A stretch of DNA of 64,000 nucleotides. Source: Salisapilia sapeloensis CBS 127946. Taxonomy: Eukaryota; Protista; Oomycota. A program made the translations under genes and the position numbers. Below the pieces are notes generated by a model, which saw only the letters and a program-made list of their open reading frames with translations, did no database searches and was not told the origin of the DNA. Shown here piece after piece: positions 1 to 12,000 of this stretch. Where the stretch lies: assembly GCA_023334545.1 (NCBI GenBank), contig JAADVB010000065.1, positions 15,761 to 79,760 on the forward strand. Reading direction: 5' to 3'. Each line of letters opens with the position of its first letter. The stretch's first letter is position 1.

Positions 1-3000
1 ATCTCGAAGATCGAGATTTAATGAAACTATGGAGACGTGTGCTGTGCCACATGCGGTTCCACGTTGGCGAAATCGTGTTGAGATTACAGGTCAAAGAGAT
101 GGATGAACCGGGTACGCATAAGGTGATTGAGGCGAGACTGGGCGAGATCAACACGCGAGTCAAGATCCGATCGTATGACCGACGTCTCGAGTTTGGACTC
201 GGTACATTTGTCCTGGAAGACATGGTACTTTCCCACTCGACGAAAGAAAATGGGAAGCCCAACGTCATTCAAAGGAGGTTCATTATGGAATCAGGAGAAG
301 CTGGGGAGAAGGAGATGCCGAAAAGCACGTCGGAGCATCTGATTCGATGGGCACTAACGAGTGTGAGCTCAGATGCACCGCTGCCCAAGGACAAAGGTCT
401 ATGCAAATACATTGCGTATGAGACACTCGTGCCTGATGCAACTGCCAAGTATTCCGTCTGGCAAGATCCGTTGGTGACACCACTCTCGCTTGAAGCTAGC
501 TTGCGCACACTTACGATCCACGTGCGTCAGGACACGATGGCTGAGATCATCGTCTTTTTTTTCAGTAGCAATCGCCCCACCGAGCCGGAACCTCCGAAAG
601 AGACTGAGTCGTCACCAAAGAAGCGGGCGAGACCAAAGTCCAATGACCTGCCAGACCTGACGGAGGAAGATTTGCGTTCCGTCTCGTCATCTGACCGCCA
701 AGTGCACGAATCGCTTTCTCGACGTCTTGGCGTGTGGGTAAAATCTTCGCTTCTTGAGAACGTAGCAGATAGTTCGTATGGATCGGATACAAAGCCTCCA
801 TCATGGTCAAAGCAAAGTACTGAAGCTGAGGAAAAAGCGGACACTCCAGCACAGGAGGGAGACAAATGGGAAGATTTACCTGCAAAACTACAGCTACGTC
901 TGCATGTAGACGGTCTCACCGTATTTCTGCATCAAGACGAAAAGGAAGTTGCCGAAGGAGCGTCGTCTGCCATCGTTAGTCTCTCAACGGAAAAGTTCTG
1001 TGGGTGCATTCACAAATTTCCGCGTTACATGAACATCTTCGCATCGCTCAGTTCTTTGAAACTTAGCGATACGTCGCTAACGGACCGCCATCATCGAGAA
1101 ATCGTTTCACACGCGACGAGTCTCAAGGCGCACGAGAGTCCTACTCTTGAAAAGGAGTTTGGTCATGTCCCGACGGTTGAAGAAGTGCTGCAGACTTTAG
1201 AAGAGATTCCGGCTGTTTTCTCTTGTGCCATGCAGTTCTACGGTCCAGATAATATCCAAGAGGCATGGCATCCCGGTTACTCGAACCGCTTCTCCGTGCG
1301 TCTCAAGTCCCCTCGTATCCGTGTACTGTACCGTTTCGTCGACGACATCCGCAACTACTTTTTCAATGGCATCTTGCTCCAAACGGTCATGTCGGTGTGG
1401 TATCGTGCTCGTCCTGAAATGTCATGGGAAGGCGATTTTCAGCTAGCTCAAGTAGCAACTGGACAGTCGTTCCAGTCCCACACAGAGTCGAACGATAAGA
1501 GTGGCGGCGAATCAACCGTCTTTGGCTCGGACGTGGTGTCCATGTTCCCTCTCTTAGACGTACAAATGGATGATGCTGTCTTGGAAATGCCACCGCATCG
1601 TGTGTCGTCTGAGGCTCTCATCTTACGTTACGACCGCTTCAAGTTCTCCAATGTTCACGTCTTGAACGAGTATGCTGATATGGATAATCGTGTGCTGGCG
1701 AAGGTGCTTTTGAATTCTTCCTTGTCACAGCTCAAGATGGAAGTTTCGACCTTGCGTATCGTGTCAAATATTCTACTCTTTACGGATGATGCACCAGGAA
1801 TGAATTCAGGCGGAAGTTTCATGGAACAGAGTCTGCTAGGGTCCACGGACATTCATCTCGACATTAATTTGCGCACACTGTCAGCCATCAAAGTAGATAT
1901 TGACTTCACGCCAGTACGTCTCGTGTGCAATCAAGAACAGTACGCCTTCCTCCTCCGAGTACCCTTCCAAAACCTACAAGAGCGTAGTCGCTATCGCTTC
2001 CCGATGCGATCGGCCGTAGAGCTACAGCATTTGCTAACTCGCGGTGGGAACCCTGAACGTCCGACCACACCACCGCCTTCAGAGCACTTTGAGGCCTCTG
2101 GTTTTTCGACGATGACAGGAGACATCATTACATCGATCACATCGGAAGTAGGAGAGGAGTCTGAAGACGATGCGTTTGACGAAGTGGGAGAGCAAGACGA
2201 GAAGCATGCGACTGTGGTGATCATCGTTCCTGAACTCACGATGGAACTTTTGCGTGGATACCAGGGATACCAACCGTCCAGTAGTGGCGATTTGTCCATG
2301 GCAGACAAGGATAAAAAGTACCAAGGCTCGATTTGTGTCTTGGATTTCACCAAGTGCCGCACGCAGGTCGGCTATGCCTTCACCACGCGCAGGTTGGAGT
2401 CAGAGGTTACTATTGACGGCATCCATGTCCGTGATTCTCGAGCAGAGTCTCATATCTCTGAATCGTATCGCGATGTTGTCGTCTTTGAACAGCCTAGTGA
2501 AGACGAGTGGGATATGCTCAAGCAGACCAAGTCAGTACAAATTCGCTTCGTGAAGGAAACTCGACAAGTGGAGGCAGGTAGTATCAAGCTGGAAGCGAGT
2601 GACAACAAGGAGGTACCTTCTGGAAGCCAAGATCACAGTCGTGGCAATAGCAATCTCTCTAATCCACCTTCTTCCTCCGAGACGAGGGAGAAAATGACGT
2701 CATCGAACCACGTACAAAGCTCAACGCGTAGTCGCGGAGGGCTTCGTAAGAGGAACACTTTGGCAGACTCCGTGACGGAACGCTCCAAGCTCTCTAATTC
2801 CCACTCTCGGCTTGTGTACGGTCGAGACATTGCGGAGTCAAGTGCGATCAGTCAACGGCTGCCAGGTAGACCTTTAGTCGATGAGAATCGAATGGAGTTG
2901 AATGTCGATGTACTCGGTTTCCGAGTCATTCCATCCAATATTCACTACGATATTGTGCGCTTTGTACTGCATCGCGTCAGTAGTGCTGCTTATGACAGCG

Positions 3001-6000
3001 ACAACGAAAGCACGACGAGCCGTAGCGATGGGAGAAGCAGTGAGTCCGGGGAAGACGGAGACGAGGATGAAGTCATCGATAGCGAGCAGTTGCTACCGTC
3101 CTATCGACTTATCTCGATCAATCTGACGCTCGGTCCATCGGCAGTACTGCTCGTAGAAGATCCATTTCGACAAAAGTCTCGTGCACTACGCTTTTCATGG
3201 GACGCGTCACTCTCGCTAGACTACTTGCGAACGATATACCCTAATGAATATATGGGGATTCAAGACTTCGACTGGATGGTGGACCGGAACCAAGTCTTTT
3301 TCAAGGGAGACATTAACAACATCCATGCCACGTCGAGGTTGTCGAAAGATAGCGTGTGGGCTGGAGGCGGCAATTTCTCTGCTGCAACGGCAGACTGTTT
3401 AAAACCTATCGGTCTTGGGTTCGAAATTCAAATGGACCTCGCCACTAGCTTTTTAGATTGTCGTGTCGCCTTTGATCGTATCATGGACCTTCGATTCGGG
3501 TACCTGGACTTTTGCACGACGTACGCTGCCTTGGAAAGCATTTTGCGCATGTCGAGGTCTCGGTACGACAGTGAGAGTGAAGGTGCGAAGCGACCACGAG
3601 CGCACTCTTCATCCTCTGTGTCGTCCGCTACGAACGTCGACCGATCCCCACCGTCTTCATCGTCCTCCTCTTCTGCTTCCGGCATGAATGCGTCGATGTA
3701 TCGTACCGGATTGGCCGGCTCTCGAAAGAGATCCAACAGTGCGACGACCAAGTACGGCACTTCTCTAATCTACTTGATCTCTGCTAGCTTCCGCGGTCGT
3801 CTACAGACACGTCCTGTCGTTGGCATCTACAACTCTCCGTGGCGTAAGCGGTATCTAGTACTTCCGTACACGCCACAAGAGAGAAATCTAGTCGAAAGCG
3901 TCGCCTTCCGGATCCTGCCGGCACCAGGAAGCACGAAAGAGATTGGAGATGAAGTATACTATGGAGATCGGATCATCCTCGAAGTCGTTCCAAACCAGAC
4001 CGAAGATATGTCTGCTCAGAAATCTCTTCGTAGCAATGCTGATGGACTCCAGCATCAAATGAGCTCCAGTCGATCACCTGAAGCAGGAGGTTTGTTAAGT
4101 GCTTCGATGACAGAGGACGCCAGTGCTCGGCGAATGCTAATCAGCAAATACGACCGCCTTGGTGCTAATGGATACTTGGGTCTCGACGGTGCTGCTGGAA
4201 CGTTTGAGACGACGATATGGAAGCACGGAACGACCGTATTCAACTCGGAGAAGAGCGTCGTGTTCGATCGAGATGTCATTGCGCTGGAAGAGATGACCAT
4301 CTACCGTACATTCAGTCGTGCCGTGAAGAACCAGACCAGTCGAACGCCGGGTAATCGACAGCAGCCTGTACAATTTGGTTCGAGAGGAAAGAAAAAGCCT
4401 GATATGCAGGAGCTTACAGACTTGATGGGGACGAGTGCAAAGGAAGGTGGGGGCTATCTCATGTTCAATGGAGTTGGAGACGCACCGATTCCGTTCGCTT
4501 TGTCTATATCGACAGAACCGACGAAAGTAAACGATTCAGCGGAAACAACGAACGAGAATGAAACGAAGAAGAGAAGTGACTCATCCGATACAATGGACAA
4601 GGCCAAGCTTCCAGCAAAGACTCTTTTGGACAATTTGAAGGTCATCGAGTTCTCTCTACCCGGTGTCAACGCTACCATTGTCAACGATTATAACAACATG
4701 CTACTGCCGTTGCTTCACCTACGTGTGTCGAATTTGCATCTGGACGTGCGTGGTCAGCTCGACCAGCGCTTCAGTGCTCTCGCTCAACTCCGTTGTGGCG
4801 TTCAAGCATACAACTCCCAACTGGCTGTATGGGAGCCGTTTGTCGAAGACTTTAACGTCGATGCAGCATTACACGGTCGAGGCGGAGCACTATGTGACTA
4901 CTGTCTGTCTGAACGACAGCAAGTGTCGCCCACTGGCATCAAGCTCCAGTGCGCTGGTCTCCCAACATGTCTTTTCCGCCCTGCCCGCACAGAAGTCTTC
5001 ACTGAGGCACTCGCGCACTCGTGGCAGTCCAAGCATTTCATCTACCGAGAGCTACTCCACCGATCGGATGGAGACGACGGGACAGTTACGGACGCAAACA
5101 CGTTCGTGCTCGTCATCAAAGAGGACTTGAACATCAATCTTTCTCGCAACGTTGTGAACGTAATGCTGCACTTTGTAGCTCTTGTGACGCGCGTCGCTCC
5201 ATCCGATGAGAGGTTGGCGATGCGTCTTGGTCCGTTCATCTACGTTGACAACAAGTCAGGTATCCCATTCCGTGTGGCACGCAATCAGTCCTCTGCATCA
5301 GGTCCACCACCTTCGGATGGTGTAAATCTCTTCAACAAGAGTCGGAATGAACTGCAGGATATGGTTCAGCCATCACTAGAGCAAGGTTTGGCGTCACCAA
5401 CAGCTGACTGGATCACTGCCGAGAGTGGAGAACGAGTTGCAACCAATATCGTCGCACATGAAGCGCCTGCCGGGAGTGTCACGTCACCATTGCGTCGACT
5501 ACTATGGTTGAAGCCACTTCCACCTTCCACCGAGAACTCGTCGCCACAGTCCACCACTTCGTCTTCATCTGCGACGAACAAGGCGGTGCCGGTGCCAATT
5601 GGATACTCCAATCGTAGTTTCCTCCACCTTGATAATGCGCATGGATCATCTCAAGACCCATGGCGAGGGGAAAGCATCATTTGTGAAACTGTTGCAGAGC
5701 AAGGCACGCTAGTTCTTCGTCTGCGTAGTAAAGTCCAGATCGCAAACTACTTATCTGTACCTGTCGAACTTGTCTATAACAATGGAGAATACCGTGAAGT
5801 CGTTTCTCCGAGCGGAGAGAAGCATGCGCACTACGTACCAGTGCAATTCCTCTCTCAAGGTGAAATTGCTTTCTGTCCGATGCTCGAAGGTGGTAGGCTA
5901 CACAAGTCCAACTCGTTCCGGATCGAGTCCCTAGTTCAACCCCCGGACACGCAAAAGATAACTCGGACGCAAAGCAAGTCGACCGCTCATGCTAAACGCG

Positions 6001-9000
6001 AGCCGGCCAAGATGAGACGTGCCCTTACTTTCTACTGGGACGTCCATCCGGAAGCAGATACCGACGAGTCATTCGAAGCTGGACGGCCGCCGTTCCAGCT
6101 CGTGTTGTCGGCATCTCGGAAGGCGAATCGTCATGAGACGCACATCTCACTACGTGCTCCAGTGCAGCTAGAAAACTTGATCCCTTTCTCTCTCCTCTAC
6201 CGGACAGTGTGCCTTAAATCCGAATCGGATGTCGGGTGGATCGAAGGGAACGAAGAATCTTTCACTGGTACACACGGCCGCATTGCGTCTGGTGATCATG
6301 CTCATATTTCTGAACTGGAGATGCTCATGGATGGACGAGGTGAAAGCATGCAAGAGCTAGAGACACCGACAGTAGTGGCGCTCAGCGTCAGTCTCCCTGA
6401 AGTCCGAAAGGGGCTTTACAGTCAATGGAAGTACGGCACTTTCGTGTACGGCACAGCTTCCGTCGCGAGGCGTCTTGAACTTGATTTAGGTCCGTCCTAC
6501 ACGGAGGATGGGTCTGCACGACAGTTGGGGAAGCTACCGATATGTGTCGAGGTAGAGCCTGTGGACAAAGCCCGGTCGATTGACGCGAAAGAGCAGATCG
6601 TCGACCCGCTAGCTCCAGTTATCGTACGACTGTATTGCGAGTACTGGCTCATCGATCGCACTGGCCTCGGTCTTCACTTTTATACACCATCAGGCGCGAG
6701 AATCACGACCGGTCGGACGAAACGTGTGACAGCAATGGATGAGGAGTCCACAGACGGTGTGACGGCATCGAGTGTCTCGCTTGCAGTGTACTCTGGTGAG
6801 CCTAGTCAGAAGCTCTCTCGAATGAAGATCGGCGTCCCCAGCACACGAGGTCGAGAGGAAGTCCGGTCTGAAGTGTTTGACACAGGCGCAGTGGGCATCC
6901 GAGGCCAGGTGCTCGTGCCGTCATCATCCATGCAGACGCGGCGACTGGAGCAGACAACAGCAGGCGCAGCGTTGTTTAGTATCGGCGAAGACACGCCTGC
7001 CTCCAACGGCTCGACGACAGCAGCGCAGATGGATTTGTTTAAACAGCACGAGTTTGGTGTCATCGTAGAGCAAGGTCCTGCCAAATTCTCTCGCTCCAAA
7101 GTCGTGACATTAGTTCATCGTCATTACTTTGTGAATTCATCCGACCGGTTCCAAGTTCACATTCGTCAGGAAGGCAGTTTAGATGAACGAGCGATCGTTC
7201 GTCTCGGACCACGCGAAAGTAACTATTTCCACTGGAGTGACTCGAGACTGAGAGCAAGAGTACAGGTGCGTTTTGTACTTCCTGAATACGCAACTCAGGA
7301 TGATGGAGAGAACAAACGGGCGATTGGAAATACGTCCGAGTGGAGCTCTCCATTCGAACTGTCATCCGTAGGAAACTTTGTATTGCGTCTGAAGAAGCCG
7401 CTGCAACGAGCCCCATCCTACTTGCCTCAATGCTTGGACGATCGAAAGTACAAAGAGAGTCATCCGGAGGACTACATCGATGAGCTTGACGTGTACTATG
7501 AAGAGCGACAGATGCTGTCGAGCGGCCTTAAGCTCTCTGTCGCAGTCGAACTGCACGATCCGTCCGTCGTGGTGTACCTAGAGGAAGGAGAGAAGCTCGA
7601 AGCTCCTCCACCATCTGGTAATACCGACCCAGATTTGGAAATGGCTGTCGAGGCATCACGTGATGAAGGCAATAGGAGCGCATTTGTACCGTTTAAAATC
7701 AAGAACGAATGTAGCAACCTGGAGCTCGTGGTCTGGCAGAAGACACTTGCAGGTGATGCACACACTGGTTTGCGCGTTGGATTTGAAGGGGGCGACCTCG
7801 TAAGACCTTTCCAGACTGTTGACTACGTTCCGTACGCCTTTGCAGGGCAGCCTTGTGTCTTTGTCCAAGTCCAGACATCAATTGGTCTAGATGATGACAA
7901 GGACGCAAGCGACAAGAAAAGTAAGCGCAACGCGAAGAGACGGCGTAGACGGCGTAATTCTGGGGATCCACTAGGTGCTAGCGCTTCGCTCCCGAGTGGG
8001 ACCAATACACAGGTCCTCACGAGCTTTGAGATTCAGCTGAACAAGCTCCATCGACTACCCACGATGGATCTATCAGATAAGAAAACCAAGAGACGGCTGT
8101 GGGTCGAAGTGCGTTTGGACGAGACTGCAAAGACTCTGCTGGTGACAGACATGCTCCCGGGCGACTCCAGCGAACACAAGCGTCGACGTCGAGCCACACT
8201 GCTGCGTAGTTGGAAGAGATATAATGCTGCAGTCCTCTCCCTATCTCGTTTAATTGCAGCCCATAGCTCGACGTACGATCAGCCGGATATGTTTGAGTCC
8301 ATGAACGAAGGTGATGAAGGCTTTAGTCGAAACAGTCGAAAGCATGTGCACTTTGCTGGGTACAGTCCAGAGAAGATTGACGAGCAGCAGCTAGATATGT
8401 ACCCAGCATTTTCTGGAGTGACACGAGATCGAACGGTCGAAACTGACACTCAGAACGCCAAGATCGCGCTATGTGTACGTCTGGTGCATGTACTCAAGCT
8501 AGAAGAACTGTATCGACGTCACGGAACGACGGATTGGGCTTCCTGTAGACCGTACGTTACCATTCGTTTGGAAACAACCGGACAGCATACGGAGAGCAAG
8601 ATCTATCCGCAGGCAGCCGCGATCCTTCCTCGATGGGTGCCTATTTTAACAGACAAGAAGAAGGCACCGTCCCCAGAACTCCAGCTTCTCATTGGTGCTG
8701 GTGACGACAAGCTAGATGCAACGCTCGTGATCGAGATCAGAGAACCTGATCGATATCTCTTCGGATCGACGCTCCTATCCGTCCTCGAAATGCCACTCCA
8801 AAAGTATTTGGAGAACGTCCGGACGTCACAGCATACCTATGAACCGTTGTCAGCGCTTCAATTCTTGGCACCTGTGGAGATGGGCGACCAGAGCGAAGAC
8901 AAGACGATGATCCGGTTGGAAATGTGTGCAGAGTACTATCCTCCAGGCTCCTTACAAGACTCAGATGAGAGCGTAGACGCGTTCGAACGGGTGCAACGTG

Positions 9001-12000
9001 CCATGCGACTAGCCCGCATCAAACGTCAGTTGGAAAGCCTTCGCAAGTCTCGCACTGATTTGCGCGGTCTTTTGGAGAAGGAGGCCGTCGACATCTCCAC
9101 CGGTCACCATGACAAACACCTCCCCTCTGTCAGCACTGCCGCTTCTGTCGCGTCCAAGACAGTGTCGAGCGATAAGAAGATCCACAGATCAAGACGAACG
9201 TCCTTGTCGGAAATGTCAGACACGTCCAGTGTGACGAGTATGTCGGTCGCATCATCCGTCGCGACGGAGGAAAGCAAAAGCTCGGACGACGCCTACGATG
9301 ATTTGCGTGACGAACGCCAGCTCACTGCTGTCATGATCGGAGTGTCGAACCTACAAGTACCTGCATCCATGGTACGCCGTAGCGGACGCCGTGTGTACGG
9401 CAGTACGGAGCGCAAGGAAGTTCGTGAACCAAAGGTTTACTGCACCATCACGTACAAGGAGTCGACTCGATCTGCCATGTCTGCCGTAGCAAAGCGTTCT
9501 AGCGAGAGTGAAGCAAAGAACGAGTTGGATGCGAATACTGGTGACGGCAGTGAGAGTAGTGCCGATAGCTCTCCCGACCGTCATCGTCACGTGCGCACGT
9601 ATGAGTTTGCTAAAGGCCAGCGTCTGGGACTAGACCTCGTCTACCAGAATGGTCGAGTGCTCGTCCAAGGTGTTCTGTGTGGTGACGCTTGTGGACAGCT
9701 GCTTCATGAAGGCAAAGTTCGGATCGGAGATACGGTCGTCGCTGTGGATGGCCAGACAATTGTGAATCTGCATCGAGAAGCGTCCTTCCGAGCGATTGAA
9801 AAGGCGAGACAGCTTGGAACTGTTGATGAAGAGAGGGAAGAGGAAGCTCCAACGACATTTACGTTGTCTTTCTTGGACCAGCCGATGAGCCAGCGACCGA
9901 CGTGGAGATCGCAGGAGTCTATCGAACGATCTGATGAAGATCGAGGGAAGGAGGAAGAGGAGGAGATGGCAGGGTATGATGCCGAGTGGAATCGACGAGT
10001 AGAGTTTGTAGAAACTGCTCCATCGGCTGGTGATCGAACGTCTACTGCAACCAAGGAAGAATCGGTCCTGGTGCGGGTGTACCTTCGGAATGACGCTGTG
10101 GACCACGGACTATCAAACGCACAAGAGTCGAGCGTCGTGCCGTTCCTCTACTTCTTCGGAGATGACTCGACAATGGATCACTTGGACCATAGCAAACAGG
10201 ATTCGAGGTTTGATGAGCTCTTGGGTGAGTGCTGGGTTCCATTGCCTCCATTCAATACAGGCGACGCAACCTCAGCATTTGAAAATGCAGAGAGCGTCTT
10301 GTCCAGCGCAGTCGACCCACTGTCGATTGACTCTTCCCCTGATTCTGCTTTCTACGAACGAGTTTGTGCGTTGTATCTGCCACGCACGAGGTCTGGGCAG
10401 TCCAGCCGGAGGATGATGACGATGATCGGAGAGCTACGACTTGCGCTCAAGTGGGACCTATTGGACCCGCTGGCTACGGCTAAAAGTAAGGAGGATCTGC
10501 GTATCTACAGCCAGATCGAGATGGCACACGTGTGTGTGTCTGTGATCGATGACGCTTCTTCATCTGCTCCTAGCAGCTCGTCCGGTCAAGCCCAGGAAGT
10601 GCTGAATATCTCCATGTCGAATAAGTTCGCGGATGCAGGCATACAGCTGAGCTACGCATACATGAGTAGTGGTAAGCACGTGTTGAATGCTTCCGTCGGG
10701 CACTTCCAAATCGACAACCAGATGCTCGATACGGACTATCCTGTCTTTCTGCACCCCATGCGCTTGATCGACAATCAAGTGGAGCAGAGTGCACCGGATG
10801 AAGACGGCGCGGATACATCGCCTAGCATCCGTCTTCTACCGACGTTCCAGCTCATGACTGTCTTTGGCACCGAACCTGGCGTCGCCCGATTCGACTACAT
10901 CTTTGCTCAACTGCAGGAGCTGGAGATCAAGCTGGAAGACTCTACGTTAGTCGCACTTGCACATGTGCTGAGAGGTGTGAACTGGGGACTCCTGGACACT
11001 TCGTCTGGAAACTCGCAGCATGAGCGTCAGCCGTCTAAGTCCTTTGCCGACGACATGACTGGCACTGGTGCCGGCTACGAGACATCCGAGGATCAGCCAG
11101 AGCTGAACCTAGCGCTCCGACTGCTGGAGAAGGAATGGTCGTCTCCTGTCCGTATCCTCGCGTCTTCTGCCGGTGCCATGACCATCTCATCTTCGGCTGA
11201 AAGCCACCACACTGGTACGACCAAGGTGTTATTGCGATGGCTACTCCTGTGTCCAGTTAAAGTCAATGTGACATTTACAAGCACAGCGGATCGAGCTCGA
11301 CTGCTTTCACTCTTATCGCCCGACATGTCGTCCACACTACGTGCCGTCATCAGTGCTGCAGCGGCACTCATGTCGAACTTGGACCAAGCTCCAATCAAGA
11401 TTCCAGAGTTTTACGTTGAAAACTTGCTCGAAACGACACGTACGCTTGCGTTCTACGGCGTCCAGCATTATGTCCACCATGGCCTACGCAGTTGGTATAA
11501 CCTCATGGGCTCTGTCGATGTCCTAGGCAATCCGATCGGACTTGTGAGCACACTTGGCACTGGTGTCAAAGACTTTTTCTATACACCAGCGCAGATGCTA
11601 CTAGACGATGAAGACGGTAGCATCCGAATTTCCAACTTGCGTACAGGCATGACGAAAGGCTCCAAAAGCTTGCTGCGTAACACTGCCGTCGGTATCTTCC
11701 ATACGACTGGGAAGATCACAGAGACACTCGGCAAAGGTCTCTCCATGCTCGCGCTAGATGACCAGTATACGCTGCATCGACAACGTCAGTTGTCGAAACA
11801 GAGTCGAGAGATCCAGGACTTGGGCGGAGCCATCACCGTCGGTAGCAGGGGACTAATTGGAGGACTGTGGGATGGCGTCAAGGGCGTCGTGTCTGCACCG
11901 GTGGAAGGTGCCGAAGTCGATGGCGCGGGCGGATTCGTCCTTGGTATTGGCAAAGGATTTGCTGGGTTAGTCGTCAAGCCGACTGCAGGCTTCTTGGATC

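Noticed and set aside
3600-3690. Ser-rich TCN/TCCTC low-complexity tracts in VPS13
   Set aside because: Ordinary disordered-loop coding, not a DNA repeat element.
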